Positions 9,715 through 19,814 are shown, numbered from the stretch's first letter. The stretch: DNA of 64,000 nucleotides from Microcoleus sp. (GCA_042408215.1 JAYFMW010000008.1:271756-335755); one strand, 5' to 3'. Translations and numbers: made by a program. Notes: a model not told the origin generated them from the letters alone.

Positions 9715-11814
9715 TTATACTCGCGTTTGACTTTGCTCAATTTCTGCCAACAGCCGCTCTTGACTTTTCGCAGGTTCTTTGCAAGTCAAACACTCGCAAA
9801 CCAACCCGACAACTCCTTCAGGTAAATCAGCCTCAATCTGAAATACAGCAGTCGGATAATACTGCGAAATCAACCCAGAAATTCGATCGGGAGTCGTGCG
9901 AATCAAAGTAGAATGCTGATACCAATCGAGAGCAGAAAGCAAACTCGGACAAGCTTGAGGAGCATCTTTTATAATACTGCTGAAAGCTTGCAAACCTTGT
10001 TGGGCGCGATCGAGAAATTCCAAATTCTGCCCCAGCAGCGCTAAACGAACCAAAGAGGCGATCGCAATTCCATTAGCCGCCGGAGTTGCATTATCTGTAT
10101 AGCTGCGTTCCCGCACCAACAAATCACCGCTGCAATCCTTAGCAGTATTGTAATATCCTCCTAATTCCACGCTCCACAAAAACTCATCAAATTCTGCTTG
10201 CACCAGAATTGCTTTCTCCAACCATTTGTCACTTTTACCTACTTCTTCAACTACCGACAAACTCCCTTGATGCAAATCTAACAATGCTTTCACAAACAAA
10301 GCATAATCTTCCGACTGCGCCATCACAGCGGTTTTTCCATCATAATTCAATCGGTGAAACCGCCCATCAATCCACTGATTATCTAAAATAAAATTAGCAG
10401 CTTTTACCGCCAATTCCAGATATTCCCGATCGCCAAAAACGGCAGCAGCCCTTGCCAAACCAGAAATCATCAAGCTATTCCAAGCTACAATCATTTTAGT
10501 GTCAGTAACTGCCGGAATTCTACCAGGCCAACTATCATTTTTAGCTTCCTGATTGTTCCGGGCTGGGGGAAAGGTTTTTACAGCATCGGGCTGGCCGCCG
10601 TAGCGAACTGTAAACAGTTTCGCCAAAGCCGTTTCTACCGTTTCGCTCAATAGGCACGAATGACGGCGCTGCAATACATTTCTGCCTTCAAAATTACCAT
10701 CACGACTAACAGTAAAATGTTTGTGAATTTCTACTAATTCCTCAGCAGTTAACAGTTGTTCCAGTTCGCTGTAAGTCCAAACATAAAACGCTCCTTCTTC
10801 CGGTTCAGACCCCCCCGTTGCCCCCCCTTGGTAAGGGGGGGTTGGGGGGGTAAAACTGTCAGCATCCTGTGAAGCATAAAAATAGCCCGTTGGCGCGGTC
10901 ATTTCTCGCTTCAACCATTCTACAGTCCCCGCAACGGCAGTTTCAAAAGCCGGTTCTTGGATTCCCGCACTCCACAGATTCGCTAAATACTCAACAATTT
11001 GACCGTTGTCATAGAGCATTTTCTCAAAGTGTGGTATAGTCCAAGTTGAGTCAACGGTGTAGCGGTGAAATCCGCCGGCAACGTGGTCGTAAATGCCACC
11101 CAATGCTAAGTCTAATCCCCGCTTAGTGCAAACCTCTTGGCAGTCGTATTTCGATTCAAAATTAAATCGTACTCCCCGCAGTGATAACTCAGCATAAGGC
11201 ATCATCGGAAAACTTGGGCCTTGATTGCGATCGGCAATAATTCCGGTGTTAAGTTCTAAGCCTTTTTGGAACACTTCCCGACTTAATTCTGCGGTGACTC
11301 CTGACAGCATCGCCGACTGTTGGAGGTTGCCTAAAATCTCTGATTGGAAGGCTTGCAATTTGCCTTTTTCTAGGTCGTAAAAGCGGCGAATTGATTGCAA
11401 AACTTCTAAAAATCCTGGGCGTCCGTAACGCGGTTCTACTGGGAAATAAGTGCCACCATAGAACGGAATTCTTTCGTTAGGCGTGAGAAAAACGTTGAGG
11501 GGCCAACCACCTTGACCAATCATCATTTGCAAGGCCTGCATATAAATGCTGTCGATGTCTGGCCGTTCTTCGCGATCGACTTTTATGGGGATAAAGTGCG
11601 AATTCATGTATTGGGCGATCGCACTATTAGAGAATGCTTCCCCTTCCATCACCGTACACCAGTGGCAGCTAGAATAGCCAATGGACAGAAAAATCGGTTT
11701 ATTTTGGCTGTGGGCGGTATCTAACGCTTCATCGCACCACGGCCACCAGTCGATCGGATTTTCGGCGTGTTTCCGCAGGTAAAGGCTTTGGGATTGGGCA
11801 AGACGGTTCACCAT
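9715..11814 (-). CDS. Thioredoxin domain-containing protein (YyaL/SSP411 family)
   Basis: NRLAQSQSLYLRKHAENPIDW, SCHWCTVMEGEAF, KVDREERPDID, GGFHRYTVD...PHFEKMLYDN. ATG at 11814. Confidence 0.92.
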   Translation of the reverse strand: MVNRLAQSQSLYLRKHAENPIDWWPWCDEALDTAHSQNKPIFLSIGYSSCHWCTVMEGEAFSNSAIAQYMNSHFIPIKVDREERPDIDSIYMQALQMMIGQGGWPLNVFLTPNERIPFYGGTYFPVEPRYGRPGFLEVLQSIRRFYDLEKGKLQAFQSEILGNLQQSAMLSGVTAELSREVFQKGLELNTGIIADRNQGPSFPMMPYAELSLRGVRFNFESKYDCQEVCTKRGLDLALGGIYDHVAGGFHRYTVDSTWTIPHFEKMLYDNGQIVEYLANLWSAGIQEPAFETAVAGTVEWLKREMTAPTGYFYASQDADSFTPPTPPYQGGATGGSEPEEGAFYVWTYSELEQLLTAEELVEIHKHFTVSRDGNFEGRNVLQRRHSCLLSETVETALAKLFTVRYGGQPDAVKTFPPARNNQEAKNDSWPGRIPAVTDTKMIVAWNSLMISGLARAAAVFGDREYLELAVKAANFILDNQWIDGRFHRLNYDGKTAVMAQSEDYALFVKALLDLHQGSLSVVEEVGKSDKWLEKAILVQAEFDEFLWSVELGGYYNTAKDCSGDLLVRERSYTDNATPAANGIAIASLVRLALLGQNLEFLDRAQQGLQAFSSIIKDAPQACPSLLSALDWYQHSTLIRTTPDRISGLISQYYPTAVFQIEADLPEGVVGLVCECLTCKEPAKSQERLLAEIEQSQTRV

Positions 11815-11899
11815 AATCAAATCCACTTCAACTCGTACTGAGTAAGCTTATCAGTTCTCTAGCAGTGTAGCGCGAGATGTTTGAGTTTCGCTGTTGCCT

Positions 11900-13347
11900 T
11901 TGACACTCCCCGGTCTAAAGACGCGGGGATTCTTAAGGAGAAACTTTGGGGGATGAATCCGTCCAAAGTTTGATTCTTAAAGGGTTAGTCAGCAACCCCC
12001 TACCCACTCGCTGAATTATTGAGTCTGTGGCAAATGATTGATTTGCGGATGATATTAGCTGCACCATTAACGTCTGCATTAATTAACAACCCAGTGCTAG
12101 AACGGTACAAACCTCGCTTGATTCGCTTACCCGATGGCTGCCAATTGTCGGGTTTTTCACCGACTTTCACTGGCAACAAATCTTGGTCTAAAAAACTAGC
12201 TTTTGATGTGTAAGATTCATCTTGTTCGACAAATCTCCATCCCCTTAAATCGCATTCTTGTTGAAGCCTATCTTTAACTTTAGCTGTCGGTATTTGGACA
12301 AAGTTCTGGTTAGTCTTACCTCCCATATTGACTTCTTGTTTCTGTCCTTTATTCCAACCAAAGACTAGGACGTTAATTTGGTGATCTTCACAATAATCTA
12401 TGATGGTTCTAACTGCTTTATTAACAGCATCTCTCATTCTTCTGGTGCGAGTTTCTGACAACTGTTGCAGTCTATGAGACGAAAAACCTTTAGGCAACTT
12501 ACATTGATCGTGTACTGATTGCACCCGCGCCTTTTCCTTATTAAACCATTGGTTCCAAGACTTTAATTTGTGACCATCAATAATAAATGGTTTGCCATTA
12601 CTAGAAACACAAGTTAGCCAGTTATTGATGCCGCGATCGATACCTAAAATTCCCGTTACTTCCCAGCTACAGATAGGGGCTTGTTTGGTTAGACTTTCGT
12701 GGACAAATTCGACCCAAACTTTGCCATTTCTAGGGATTAGTCGAAGTTCTTTAATCTGGCAATTCTTCAGTCTTTCCGGTAAAGTCACCCAGAGAGCATC
12801 TGTCCCAAAGTGTTCTTTGCCTTTAGTTCCCAGAGGTAGTCTCACCCGATTACCGACTATTTTCAAGGCTTGCCCAGGGTAGGTCACCTGGTACATTGCT
12901 CCCTTGGTTCTGTACTTGGGCAATCTCGGTTTTTGATTAAGTTCTCCTTTCTTGGCTAACCTTTCTAATGCTCGGAAAGAGCTAAAGGATTCAGCAACAG
13001 ATTTGAGGGATTGTTGAGCCACTTGCGAGTAAAGTAAACCGTAATTATCGTTGGGTTTGGCAATTTTGTACAGGTCTGGGTATTTAATTGCGCCTTGGTC
13101 TTTGAAGTACCGTTGCCGACTTTCGTAAGTGCCGACATTAAACAGATTGTTTGACCATCTTAAGATTTGCTCGACAATGGTTTTGTCAAGTCCCTTTAAA
13201 TGCCAAACATCTTTTTGCACTGCATACATTAATTTCAACCTCCTTTGATTAATTGTACTATATTTAGAAATATCTAACTGGGAGATTAAAGTCTCCCTCG
13301 CCCTTTCATCCCTGGACTAAAGTCGCAGGGTTTTCAGGGTATTTCTT
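11900..13347 (-). mobile_element. IS200/IS605-family element carrying tnpB only (IS1341-type)
   Basis: Right end on minus strand is hairpin ccccgcgtctttagaccgggg followed by agtgTCAA. Left-end hairpin ccctgcgactttagtccaggg is preceded by TTAT (13348-13351). No tnpA. Confidence 0.85.
12000..13229 (-). CDS. tnpB: RNA-guided endonuclease TnpB family protein (no zinc finger, rearranged RuvC-II)
   Basis: SQVAQQSL, GIDRGINN (RuvC-I), VEQDESYTSKASFLD, INADVNGAANI (RuvC-III). GGAGG lies 9 nt before ATG 13229. Confidence 0.88.
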   Translation of the reverse strand: MYAVQKDVWHLKGLDKTIVEQILRWSNNLFNVGTYESRQRYFKDQGAIKYPDLYKIAKPNDNYGLLYSQVAQQSLKSVAESFSSFRALERLAKKGELNQKPRLPKYRTKGAMYQVTYPGQALKIVGNRVRLPLGTKGKEHFGTDALWVTLPERLKNCQIKELRLIPRNGKVWVEFVHESLTKQAPICSWEVTGILGIDRGINNWLTCVSSNGKPFIIDGHKLKSWNQWFNKEKARVQSVHDQCKLPKGFSSHRLQQLSETRTRRMRDAVNKAVRTIIDYCEDHQINVLVFGWNKGQKQEVNMGGKTNQNFVQIPTAKVKDRLQQECDLRGWRFVEQDESYTSKASFLDQDLLPVKVGEKPDNWQPSGKRIKRGLYRSSTGLLINADVNGAANIIRKSIICHRLNNSASG

Positions 13348-13992
13348 ATAATAACAGCCACCGAAAAATATCCCTCCCTATTGCTCAGACTCCCGTCATA
13401 GTTTTTTCCTGAAAGATTACGGTTTGGCGTACCGCTACAACTGATTTGCTATGGATGGCCAGTTTTAGTCTCTCTCAATGGCGCTTGTTGCTGAATCGGA
13501 AACCGAGAATCGACGCACCGAATATGCTCCCAGATTTTGTCCAGAGTTATAGCCCACATTCCGCACCCTCAACTCTCACCATCGGTTTTTACTTATTTTT
13601 ATCAAGCAATCAAGCTCTCAATTAGATTTTTTTAAGTATATTTACGGATAAAAAACGTTTTAAAAGCATAACTTCTCAAGTTTTAATATTTTTTTCAGTA
13701 ATTATACTGTGTAAAACGCCAGGTGCGGAATGTGGGTTATACTATCTTGTTGAAAGGGGGCCAAATTCAGGACTAAGGCCCGGTGACAGCAGCCCTATTT
13801 TTCGATGTACGCCATAGAAAATAAGTTAGAAGCCATCAATCTAGGCACTTTGGCTAATTCCAATCAGCGTCTTCCCAATCTTCATCGAATCTTCATAAAA
13901 ACTACTTGCCTTAACCTGTGTTTCCGTTTATATTGAGGATGTGAAGGTAAAAAAACCTGATTCCAGTCCACATAAACATAAAGGTGTCAACC

Positions 13993-14670
13993 ATGAAATC
14001 CTCATTAAATTTAGTCAAATCGATTTTAGCTGTTGCCAGTGTCGCTGCTCTTAGTGCAGTATCCGCAGCACCTGCCTCCGCCGTCGGCTTCAGCTTTGGT
14101 AATATCTTTGGTGGCGATACGGTTGGAGATGCCTATCAAAACAGCTTTAATTTTGACGTAACTGAAAATGGTTTAAACTCAGTTCTTTTTAACATCTCCA
14201 ACTCTGGAAATGCCGCAGCTTCTAGTATGTTTATCGGTAAAGTTCTCTTTGATGATAATGGCTATCTGTCTAATGCCGTGGCTAACGTTAATAACACTGG
14301 TAACGTAGCCTTTACTGGTGGTGCTGGTAGCGATCAGTTGCCTCAAGGTGGTACTGGCTTCACCACAGACTATGCCTTCACAAGAGACAATGGTGCTGGT
14401 AATAAATGGGCTGTCCAAGGTAGCGAAAGTTTGGGAGTGAGCTTTACTGGAAATTATGCTAACGTAATTTCCGCTTTGAATAGCGGTAGCTTAAAATTAG
14501 GTTTGCACGTTCAAGCCTTACCAGGTGGTGCAAGCGATTCTTACCTCAGCAGCAGCAGTGGCAACACTCAAGATACTCCTGAACCTTTAACAATGCTGGC
14601 TGCGGGAGCTGCTGTTGGGTTTGGTAGTATGTTCAAAAAGCAACGCGATCAGGCTCAAAAAGCTGAATAG
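13993..14670 (+). CDS. PEP-CTERM sorting-domain surface protein (copy A)
   Basis: Signal peptide ending APASA. C-terminal TPEPLTMLAAGAAVGFGSMFKKQR (PEP, TM, basic tail). Confidence 0.9.
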   Translation: MKSSLNLVKSILAVASVAALSAVSAAPASAVGFSFGNIFGGDTVGDAYQNSFNFDVTENGLNSVLFNISNSGNAAASSMFIGKVLFDDNGYLSNAVANVNNTGNVAFTGGAGSDQLPQGGTGFTTDYAFTRDNGAGNKWAVQGSESLGVSFTGNYANVISALNSGSLKLGLHVQALPGGASDSYLSSSSGNTQDTPEPLTMLAAGAAVGFGSMFKKQRDQAQKAE

Positions 14671-14828
14671 GCTATCATTTTAACTGGTTTTCGCTCATGG
14701 CTTGATGCCAAACTGATTATCTTATGATAGAGCTAAAAAACCTGGTTTCACCAAGAAACCAGGTTTCTTATTGTTTTATTTAAACGACATGGTATAATCT
14801 AATCAATCAACTAATAACTAATATCAAA

Positions 14829-15665
14829 ATGTTCAAGAAAGAACTTTTTGGGCTAATCATTATCGCCACAGGTTTAGTAACCCTGAATATGACACTCCTC
14901 TGGAAAATGGGGGATATTGCTCATTTTTATATGAGTGTAGTTTTTTGGTTCGCTGTGGGTTCCCTACTTTGGGACAAGCAGGATATTCTCAAACAGAGTG
15001 AGGTAAAAAGTGACCTATTATCGAGAGTCGCTGGGACAATATTAATAGCTTTTATTTTATTTAAAAGTGCTATGGTTTCCAGTAAATTCGATATTTTTTT
15101 AAGAATAGCACCTTTTTTGTCTGGTTTAGGTGTGGCCCTAATTGCGGTAGGTTTTCAGGATTTAAAAAAATATTGGCGTGAATTGGTCATACTATTTTTT
15201 CATGGCATCCCCAGTGTACTTACGTCACCTTTAGTAGATATTATTACCTCGTTTACAGCTCAGTCGGCTTATTTTTCTTTGTGGTATTTGGGTTTTAATG
15301 CAACACGTGAGGGTAATTATGTTGCTTTACCGACAGGAAGGGTGTTGGTATATGGGGGATGTTCGGGTATCGAGGCCATGAATTACTTATTAGGTTTATC
15401 TGTAGTTTGTTTGTTGATGTTTCCTACTAAACAAAATAAAGCTTTGGTAATAGGTGTCGCTGTCGCTTTGGGTTTTATGATTAATACTTTGAGAGTGGCG
15501 GCAATGGCTTTGTTAGTTGCATCTAATCGCCTAGATTTGTTTAAATATTGGCATGAGGGTGAAGGTTCTTTGGTGGTGGGGATGATTGCGGTGGTTTTGT
15601 TTGGGATATTTTATCAATTTATCTTGAAACAAGATAGCAAAATTAGTCAAAGTTCGCGAAATTAA
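14829..15665 (+). CDS. Cyanoexosortase (probably type A), copy A
   Basis: Multi-TM protein with VYGGCSG (Cys), INTLRV (Arg) and YWHEG (His) exosortase triad, directly downstream of a PEP-CTERM gene. Confidence 0.88.
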   Translation: MFKKELFGLIIIATGLVTLNMTLLWKMGDIAHFYMSVVFWFAVGSLLWDKQDILKQSEVKSDLLSRVAGTILIAFILFKSAMVSSKFDIFLRIAPFLSGLGVALIAVGFQDLKKYWRELVILFFHGIPSVLTSPLVDIITSFTAQSAYFSLWYLGFNATREGNYVALPTGRVLVYGGCSGIEAMNYLLGLSVVCLLMFPTKQNKALVIGVAVALGFMINTLRVAAMALLVASNRLDLFKYWHEGEGSLVVGMIAVVLFGIFYQFILKQDSKISQSSRN

Positions 15666-15836
15666 TTAGTTTAAAGTTGAGGTAATATATCGGTTGTTCG
15701 ATTTCCACTCCCATAGTCAGGAGTCTCGTTCACTCATATGTCCGGGTGTTCAAATCCGCCACCTGTTACTACCTGTAATTGAACTGCGGTTATATATATC
15801 ATAGAAATAATGTCAGGAAATTATAGGAAACTCGTT

Positions 15837-15914
15837 ATGGCGGCCAATGAAAGTCAAATAAGTCAAATTTACGGTTCCGAGGATGCTCAAGCTATTCTGC
15901 AAATTGCGATCGCC
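15837..15914 (+). pseudogene. Truncated duplicate of the 5' end of the 2TM-domain gene (intact copy at 19197)
   Basis: 15690-15914 matches about 19051-19274 (atggcggccaatga..gctattctgcaaattgcgatcgcc) and ends at a HIP1 site. Confidence 0.85.
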
Positions 15915-16067
15915 CGATCGCAAAATGCTTCCCCTTCCATCACCCTAAACCAGTGGCCGCTAGAGTAACGAATTGACAGAAAAATCGGTTTATTTGCCAT
16001 CCGGGCCCTTTATAGGGCTTCGTCGCACCAGGCCAACCAGTCGATCGAATTTTCGGCCTGTTTTCGC
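15915..16067 (-). pseudogene. Degenerate duplicate of part of the 5' region of the yyaL-like gene
   Basis: aatgcttccccttccatcacc...gacagaaaaatcggtttattt...accagtcgatcg matches about 11616-11777 with many substitutions. Confidence 0.85.
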
Positions 16068-17016
16068 TTTTGCTGGCTAAGCTTGTCATATTATGTCCGA
16101 TCGATTACCCCTAATACGGTAGGGGCTCCCCTCACCAACAATACCTGCCAATAATTGACAATCTCAAAAACCCGCCCCTTGTATCTTAAAAGAGTGAGAC
16201 GGTAGGGGCAGGGCAGTTTCATTCTCTTTTAGGGGCTGCCCCCCGTGGCTGCCCCAATCCCACCAAATGCCTAACAAATCCTGGATGGGTGGGCATTCTT
16301 GGCACAACCCGTACAAAAAGCTGGTTTTCCGTAGGGGCAATCCCCCCGTGGTTGCCCCGAAACAGCCCTGACGGTAGAGGCGTTCCGAAAACTATGTCCC
16401 AGAAAGTCGAGTCGTCCCTTTAGTCTGCCAAAGTTCCGGCGTCACAGATAATAACGGCCACCGAAACGTATCCCTACCTATTGGTTTGACTCCCGTCGTC
16501 ATTTTTTCCTGAAACATTACGGTTTGGCGTACACCGCAGCAACTGATTTGGTATGGATGGCTAGGTTTAGCCTCTCTAAATGGCGCTTGTTGCTGAATCC
16601 GAAACCGAGAATCGACGCACCGAATCTGCTCCAAGATTTTGTCCAGAGTTATAGCCCACATTCGGCACCCTCAACTGTCACCATCGGTTTTTACTTATTT
16701 TTATCAAGCAATAAAGCTCTCAATTAAACTTTTCTACGTATATTAACGGATAAAAAACCTTAATAAAAGCTTTCAGGGTTTCTTAATAAGAATGGATATT
16801 TGAGGATTATTCGATCAAATGGTTACACCGTATAAGTTTTACTGCTTTTCACATGACCTGAATCCTTACGAACTAAGAGCCTGAACCTGGATAGTGTGAA
16901 GTAGCCGTAAAGCATTTATGAAGATTCTACTAAAACTGACCTCTAGGGTAACAATCATCCAAAAGTAGTACATAATCAAGATATAGCGAATCGTCACTCA
17001 CTGAGAAGTAATTGCC

Positions 17017-17889
17017 ATGAATACTAAACTATTCCCCACCTTGGCTACTCTTGCTGCCACTTTAGGCATGATTGCAGTTCAATCACCAGCTAAAGCCTTT
17101 AATTTTACAACTAACTTGACCACTTCCGGCGTTCCCGATGCTAAAAGCGATATTTGGCTAAAGTCAGTTACATACGGCGGTAAAACAACTAGCGATTTTG
17201 CCTTCGTCAACGCTGTAGAGATCATCAACAACACGCCGATCAAAAGTGGTTTAGACCCAAACACAAAAACGAGCAACCCTGAAGATGAGACAAAAAATAA
17301 CGACAACAGCGGTGCAGCCAGTACAGATAAAGGCGATAAAGCCAGCTCCCCAATAGTAAATGGACAAGCAGTAGATGTATCGGGAATTAAGAACCCAACT
17401 GGCGGCGAAATGGCTGCTTACCTGGGTAACAACAACCTTAACAACATCATTGACACTGAAGATGCGGGTTCGTTTAAACTTAACTTATCGTTTACTAAAG
17501 CAGTAACGAACTTGTTTTTCTGGGAACGGAATATGAATAGCACCATCAGAGTTCAAGCTTTGGATGCTATGGGACAAACGATTGGAAACCTCCTGAATCT
17601 TAATTCCCGCAGTTGGGGACAGGCTGGATACAGTATTAACACCCAAGAAATTGACACTGCTCAGAAAGTAGGCGCATGGGGCGTTAGCTTAGCAGATTTG
17701 GGAGTGAGCAGCCCGATCGGCGCTATCCAAGTCAGCACCCTCGGCTCACCGGATAATGGCCCTGACTTTAAAGTAATAGGTGAAACTCAAAATACTCCTG
17801 AACCTTTAACAATGCTGGCTGCGGGAGCTGCTGTTGGGTTTGGTGGTATGTTCAAAAAGCAACGCGCTCAGGCTCAAAAAGCTGAATAG
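17017..17889 (+). CDS. PEP-CTERM surface protein (copy B; resembles exosortase-dependent surface protein XDP2 family)
   Basis: Signal peptide ending PAKA. Motifs AASTDKGD, LGNNNLNNIIDTED and FFWER. C-terminal tail TPEPLTMLAAGAAVGFGGMFKKQR nearly identical to copy A. Family name is from recall. Confidence 0.88.
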   Translation: MNTKLFPTLATLAATLGMIAVQSPAKAFNFTTNLTTSGVPDAKSDIWLKSVTYGGKTTSDFAFVNAVEIINNTPIKSGLDPNTKTSNPEDETKNNDNSGAASTDKGDKASSPIVNGQAVDVSGIKNPTGGEMAAYLGNNNLNNIIDTEDAGSFKLNLSFTKAVTNLFFWERNMNSTIRVQALDAMGQTIGNLLNLNSRSWGQAGYSINTQEIDTAQKVGAWGVSLADLGVSSPIGAIQVSTLGSPDNGPDFKVIGETQNTPEPLTMLAAGAAVGFGGMFKKQRAQAQKAE

Positions 17890-18047
17890 GCTATCATTTT
17901 AACTGGTTTTCGCTCATGGCTTGATGCCAAACTGATTATTGTATGATAGAGCTAAAAAACCTGGTTTCAGCAAGAAACCAGGTTTCTTATTGTTTTATTT
18001 AAAGGACATGATATAATCTAATCAATCAACTAATAACTAATATCAAA

Positions 18048-18884
18048 ATGTTCAAGAAAGAACTTTTTGGGCTAATCATTATCGCCACAGGTTTAGTAAC
18101 CCTGAATATGACACTCCTCTGGAAAATGGGGGATATTGCTCATTTTTATATGAGTGTAGTTTTTTGGTTCGCTGTGGGTTCCCTACTTTGGGACAAGCAG
18201 GATATTCTCAAACAGAGTGAGGTAAAAAGTGACCTATTATCGAGAGTCGCTGGGACAATATTAATAGCTTTTATTTTATTTAAAAGTGCTATGGTTTCCA
18301 GTAAATTCGATATTTTTTTAAGAATTGCACCTTTTTTGTCTGGTTTAGGTTTGGCCCTAATTGCGGTAGGTTTTCAGGATTTAAAAAAATATTGGCGTGA
18401 ATTGGTCATACTATTTTTTCATGGCATCCCCAGTGTACTTACGTTACCTTTAGTAGATATTATTACCTCGATTACAGCTCAAGTTGCTTATTTTAGTTTG
18501 TGGTATTTGGGTTTTAATGCAACACGTGAGGGTAATTATGTTGCTTTACCGACAGGAAGGGTGTTGGTATATGGGGGATGTTCGGGTATGGAGGCCATGA
18601 ATTACTTATTAGGTTTATCTGTAGTTTGTTTGTTGATGTTTCCTACTAAACAAAATAAAGCTTTGGTAATAGGTGTCGCTGTCGCTTTGGGTTTTATGAT
18701 TAATGCTTTTAGAGTGGCGGCAATGGCTTTGTTAGTTGCATCTAATCGCCTAGATTTGTTTAAATATTGGCATGAGGGTGAAGGTTCTTTGGTGGTGGGG
18801 ATGATTGCGGTGGTTTTGTTTGGGATATTTTATCAATTTATTTTGAAACAAGATAGCAAAATTAGTAAAAGTTCGGGAAAATAA
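18048..18884 (+). CDS. Cyanoexosortase (probably type A), copy B
   Basis: Near-identical to 14829..15665 (about 10 aa differences). Cys/Arg/His triad intact. Confidence 0.88.
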   Translation: MFKKELFGLIIIATGLVTLNMTLLWKMGDIAHFYMSVVFWFAVGSLLWDKQDILKQSEVKSDLLSRVAGTILIAFILFKSAMVSSKFDIFLRIAPFLSGLGLALIAVGFQDLKKYWRELVILFFHGIPSVLTLPLVDIITSITAQVAYFSLWYLGFNATREGNYVALPTGRVLVYGGCSGMEAMNYLLGLSVVCLLMFPTKQNKALVIGVAVALGFMINAFRVAAMALLVASNRLDLFKYWHEGEGSLVVGMIAVVLFGIFYQFILKQDSKISKSSGK

Positions 18885-18906
18885 TTAGTTTAAAGTTGAG
18901 GTAATA

Positions 18907-19046
18907 TAGCCTTTCTCAGTAACAGTGCGGTACGCTTCGGGCATAGGGCTTCGGGCATAGGGCTTCGGGCATAGGGCTTCGGGCATAGGGCTTCGGGCAT
19001 AGGGCTTCGGGCATAGGGCATACCTCACAACGCTTGAGAACCGCTA
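18907..19046. mobile_element. MITE with TA target-site duplication and an internal 14-bp tandem repeat
   Basis: TA|tagcctttctca...tgagaaccgcta|TA. Interior is (gggcatagggcttc)n. The paralogous site at 15681-15695 is empty (ggtaatatatcgg). Confidence 0.85.
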
Positions 19047-19196
19047 TATATCGGTTGTTCGATTTCCACTCTAATAGTCAGGAGTCTCGCTGACTCAACT
19101 GTCCGGGTGTTGAAATCCGCCACCTGTTACTACCTGTAATTGAACTGCGGTTATATATATCATAGAAATAATGTCAGGAATTATAGGAAACTCGTT

Positions 19197-19694
19197 ATGG
19201 CGGCCAATGACAGTCAAATAAGCCAAGTTTACGGTTCTGAGGATGCTCAAGCTATTCTGCAAATTGCGATCGCCCAAAAAGAAGAAAACGGAGAACTTTC
19301 GCGAGTGCAGTTGTTCGAGATTGCAGCGGAATTGGGCATTTCCGAACAGGATATTGTGGCGGCGGAACAGCAATGGTTAGCAAATAGAGGGGAAGTTCAA
19401 GAGAAACTGGCTTTTAATCGTTACCGTCGCGGCAAATTGCAGAAAAACTTGACAAAGTACGCAATTGTCAATACTTTTTTAGTTTTGCTAAATCTAGCAG
19501 CAGCCCACGAGCTTTCTTGGTCGATTTTCATTCTACTAGGTTGGGGGTTGGGATTGTCGCTGAATGCTTGGAATGTGTATCAAACTGAAGGGGAAGATTA
19601 CGAACAGGCGTTTCAAGGGTGGCGGTTGAAGAAACAAGTCGGAGAGTCTATTGGTACTGCGGCGGATAAGTTTCTGAAGTGGTTGCAGTCGTGA
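19197..19694 (+). CDS. 2TM domain-containing membrane protein
   Basis: [12 protein letters not shown]...QLFEIAAELGIS, then two TM helices and W-rich motif (WSIFILLGWGLGL). Confidence 0.75.
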   Translation: MAANDSQISQVYGSEDAQAILQIAIAQKEENGELSRVQLFEIAAELGISEQDIVAAEQQWLANRGEVQEKLAFNRYRRGKLQKNLTKYAIVNTFLVLLNLAAAHELSWSIFILLGWGLGLSLNAWNVYQTEGEDYEQAFQGWRLKKQVGESIGTAADKFLKWLQS

Positions 19695-19712
19695 TTTGCT
19701 CTTGGGAAAAAC

Positions 19713-19814
19713 AGGACTTACGCACTCTTAGGCCAAAAACCCCCGGTGGTTGAGCGGAGTCGAAACCCTACGTCAATATCTCTCGAAGAGATGCAGGATT
19801 TTTCTCAGAAACCG
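19713..19814. mobile_element. MITE-like element with aggacttacgca / tgcgtaagtcct termini
   Basis: Terminal inverted repeat visible. Related termini at about 26888 and 39321. Confidence 0.7.
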
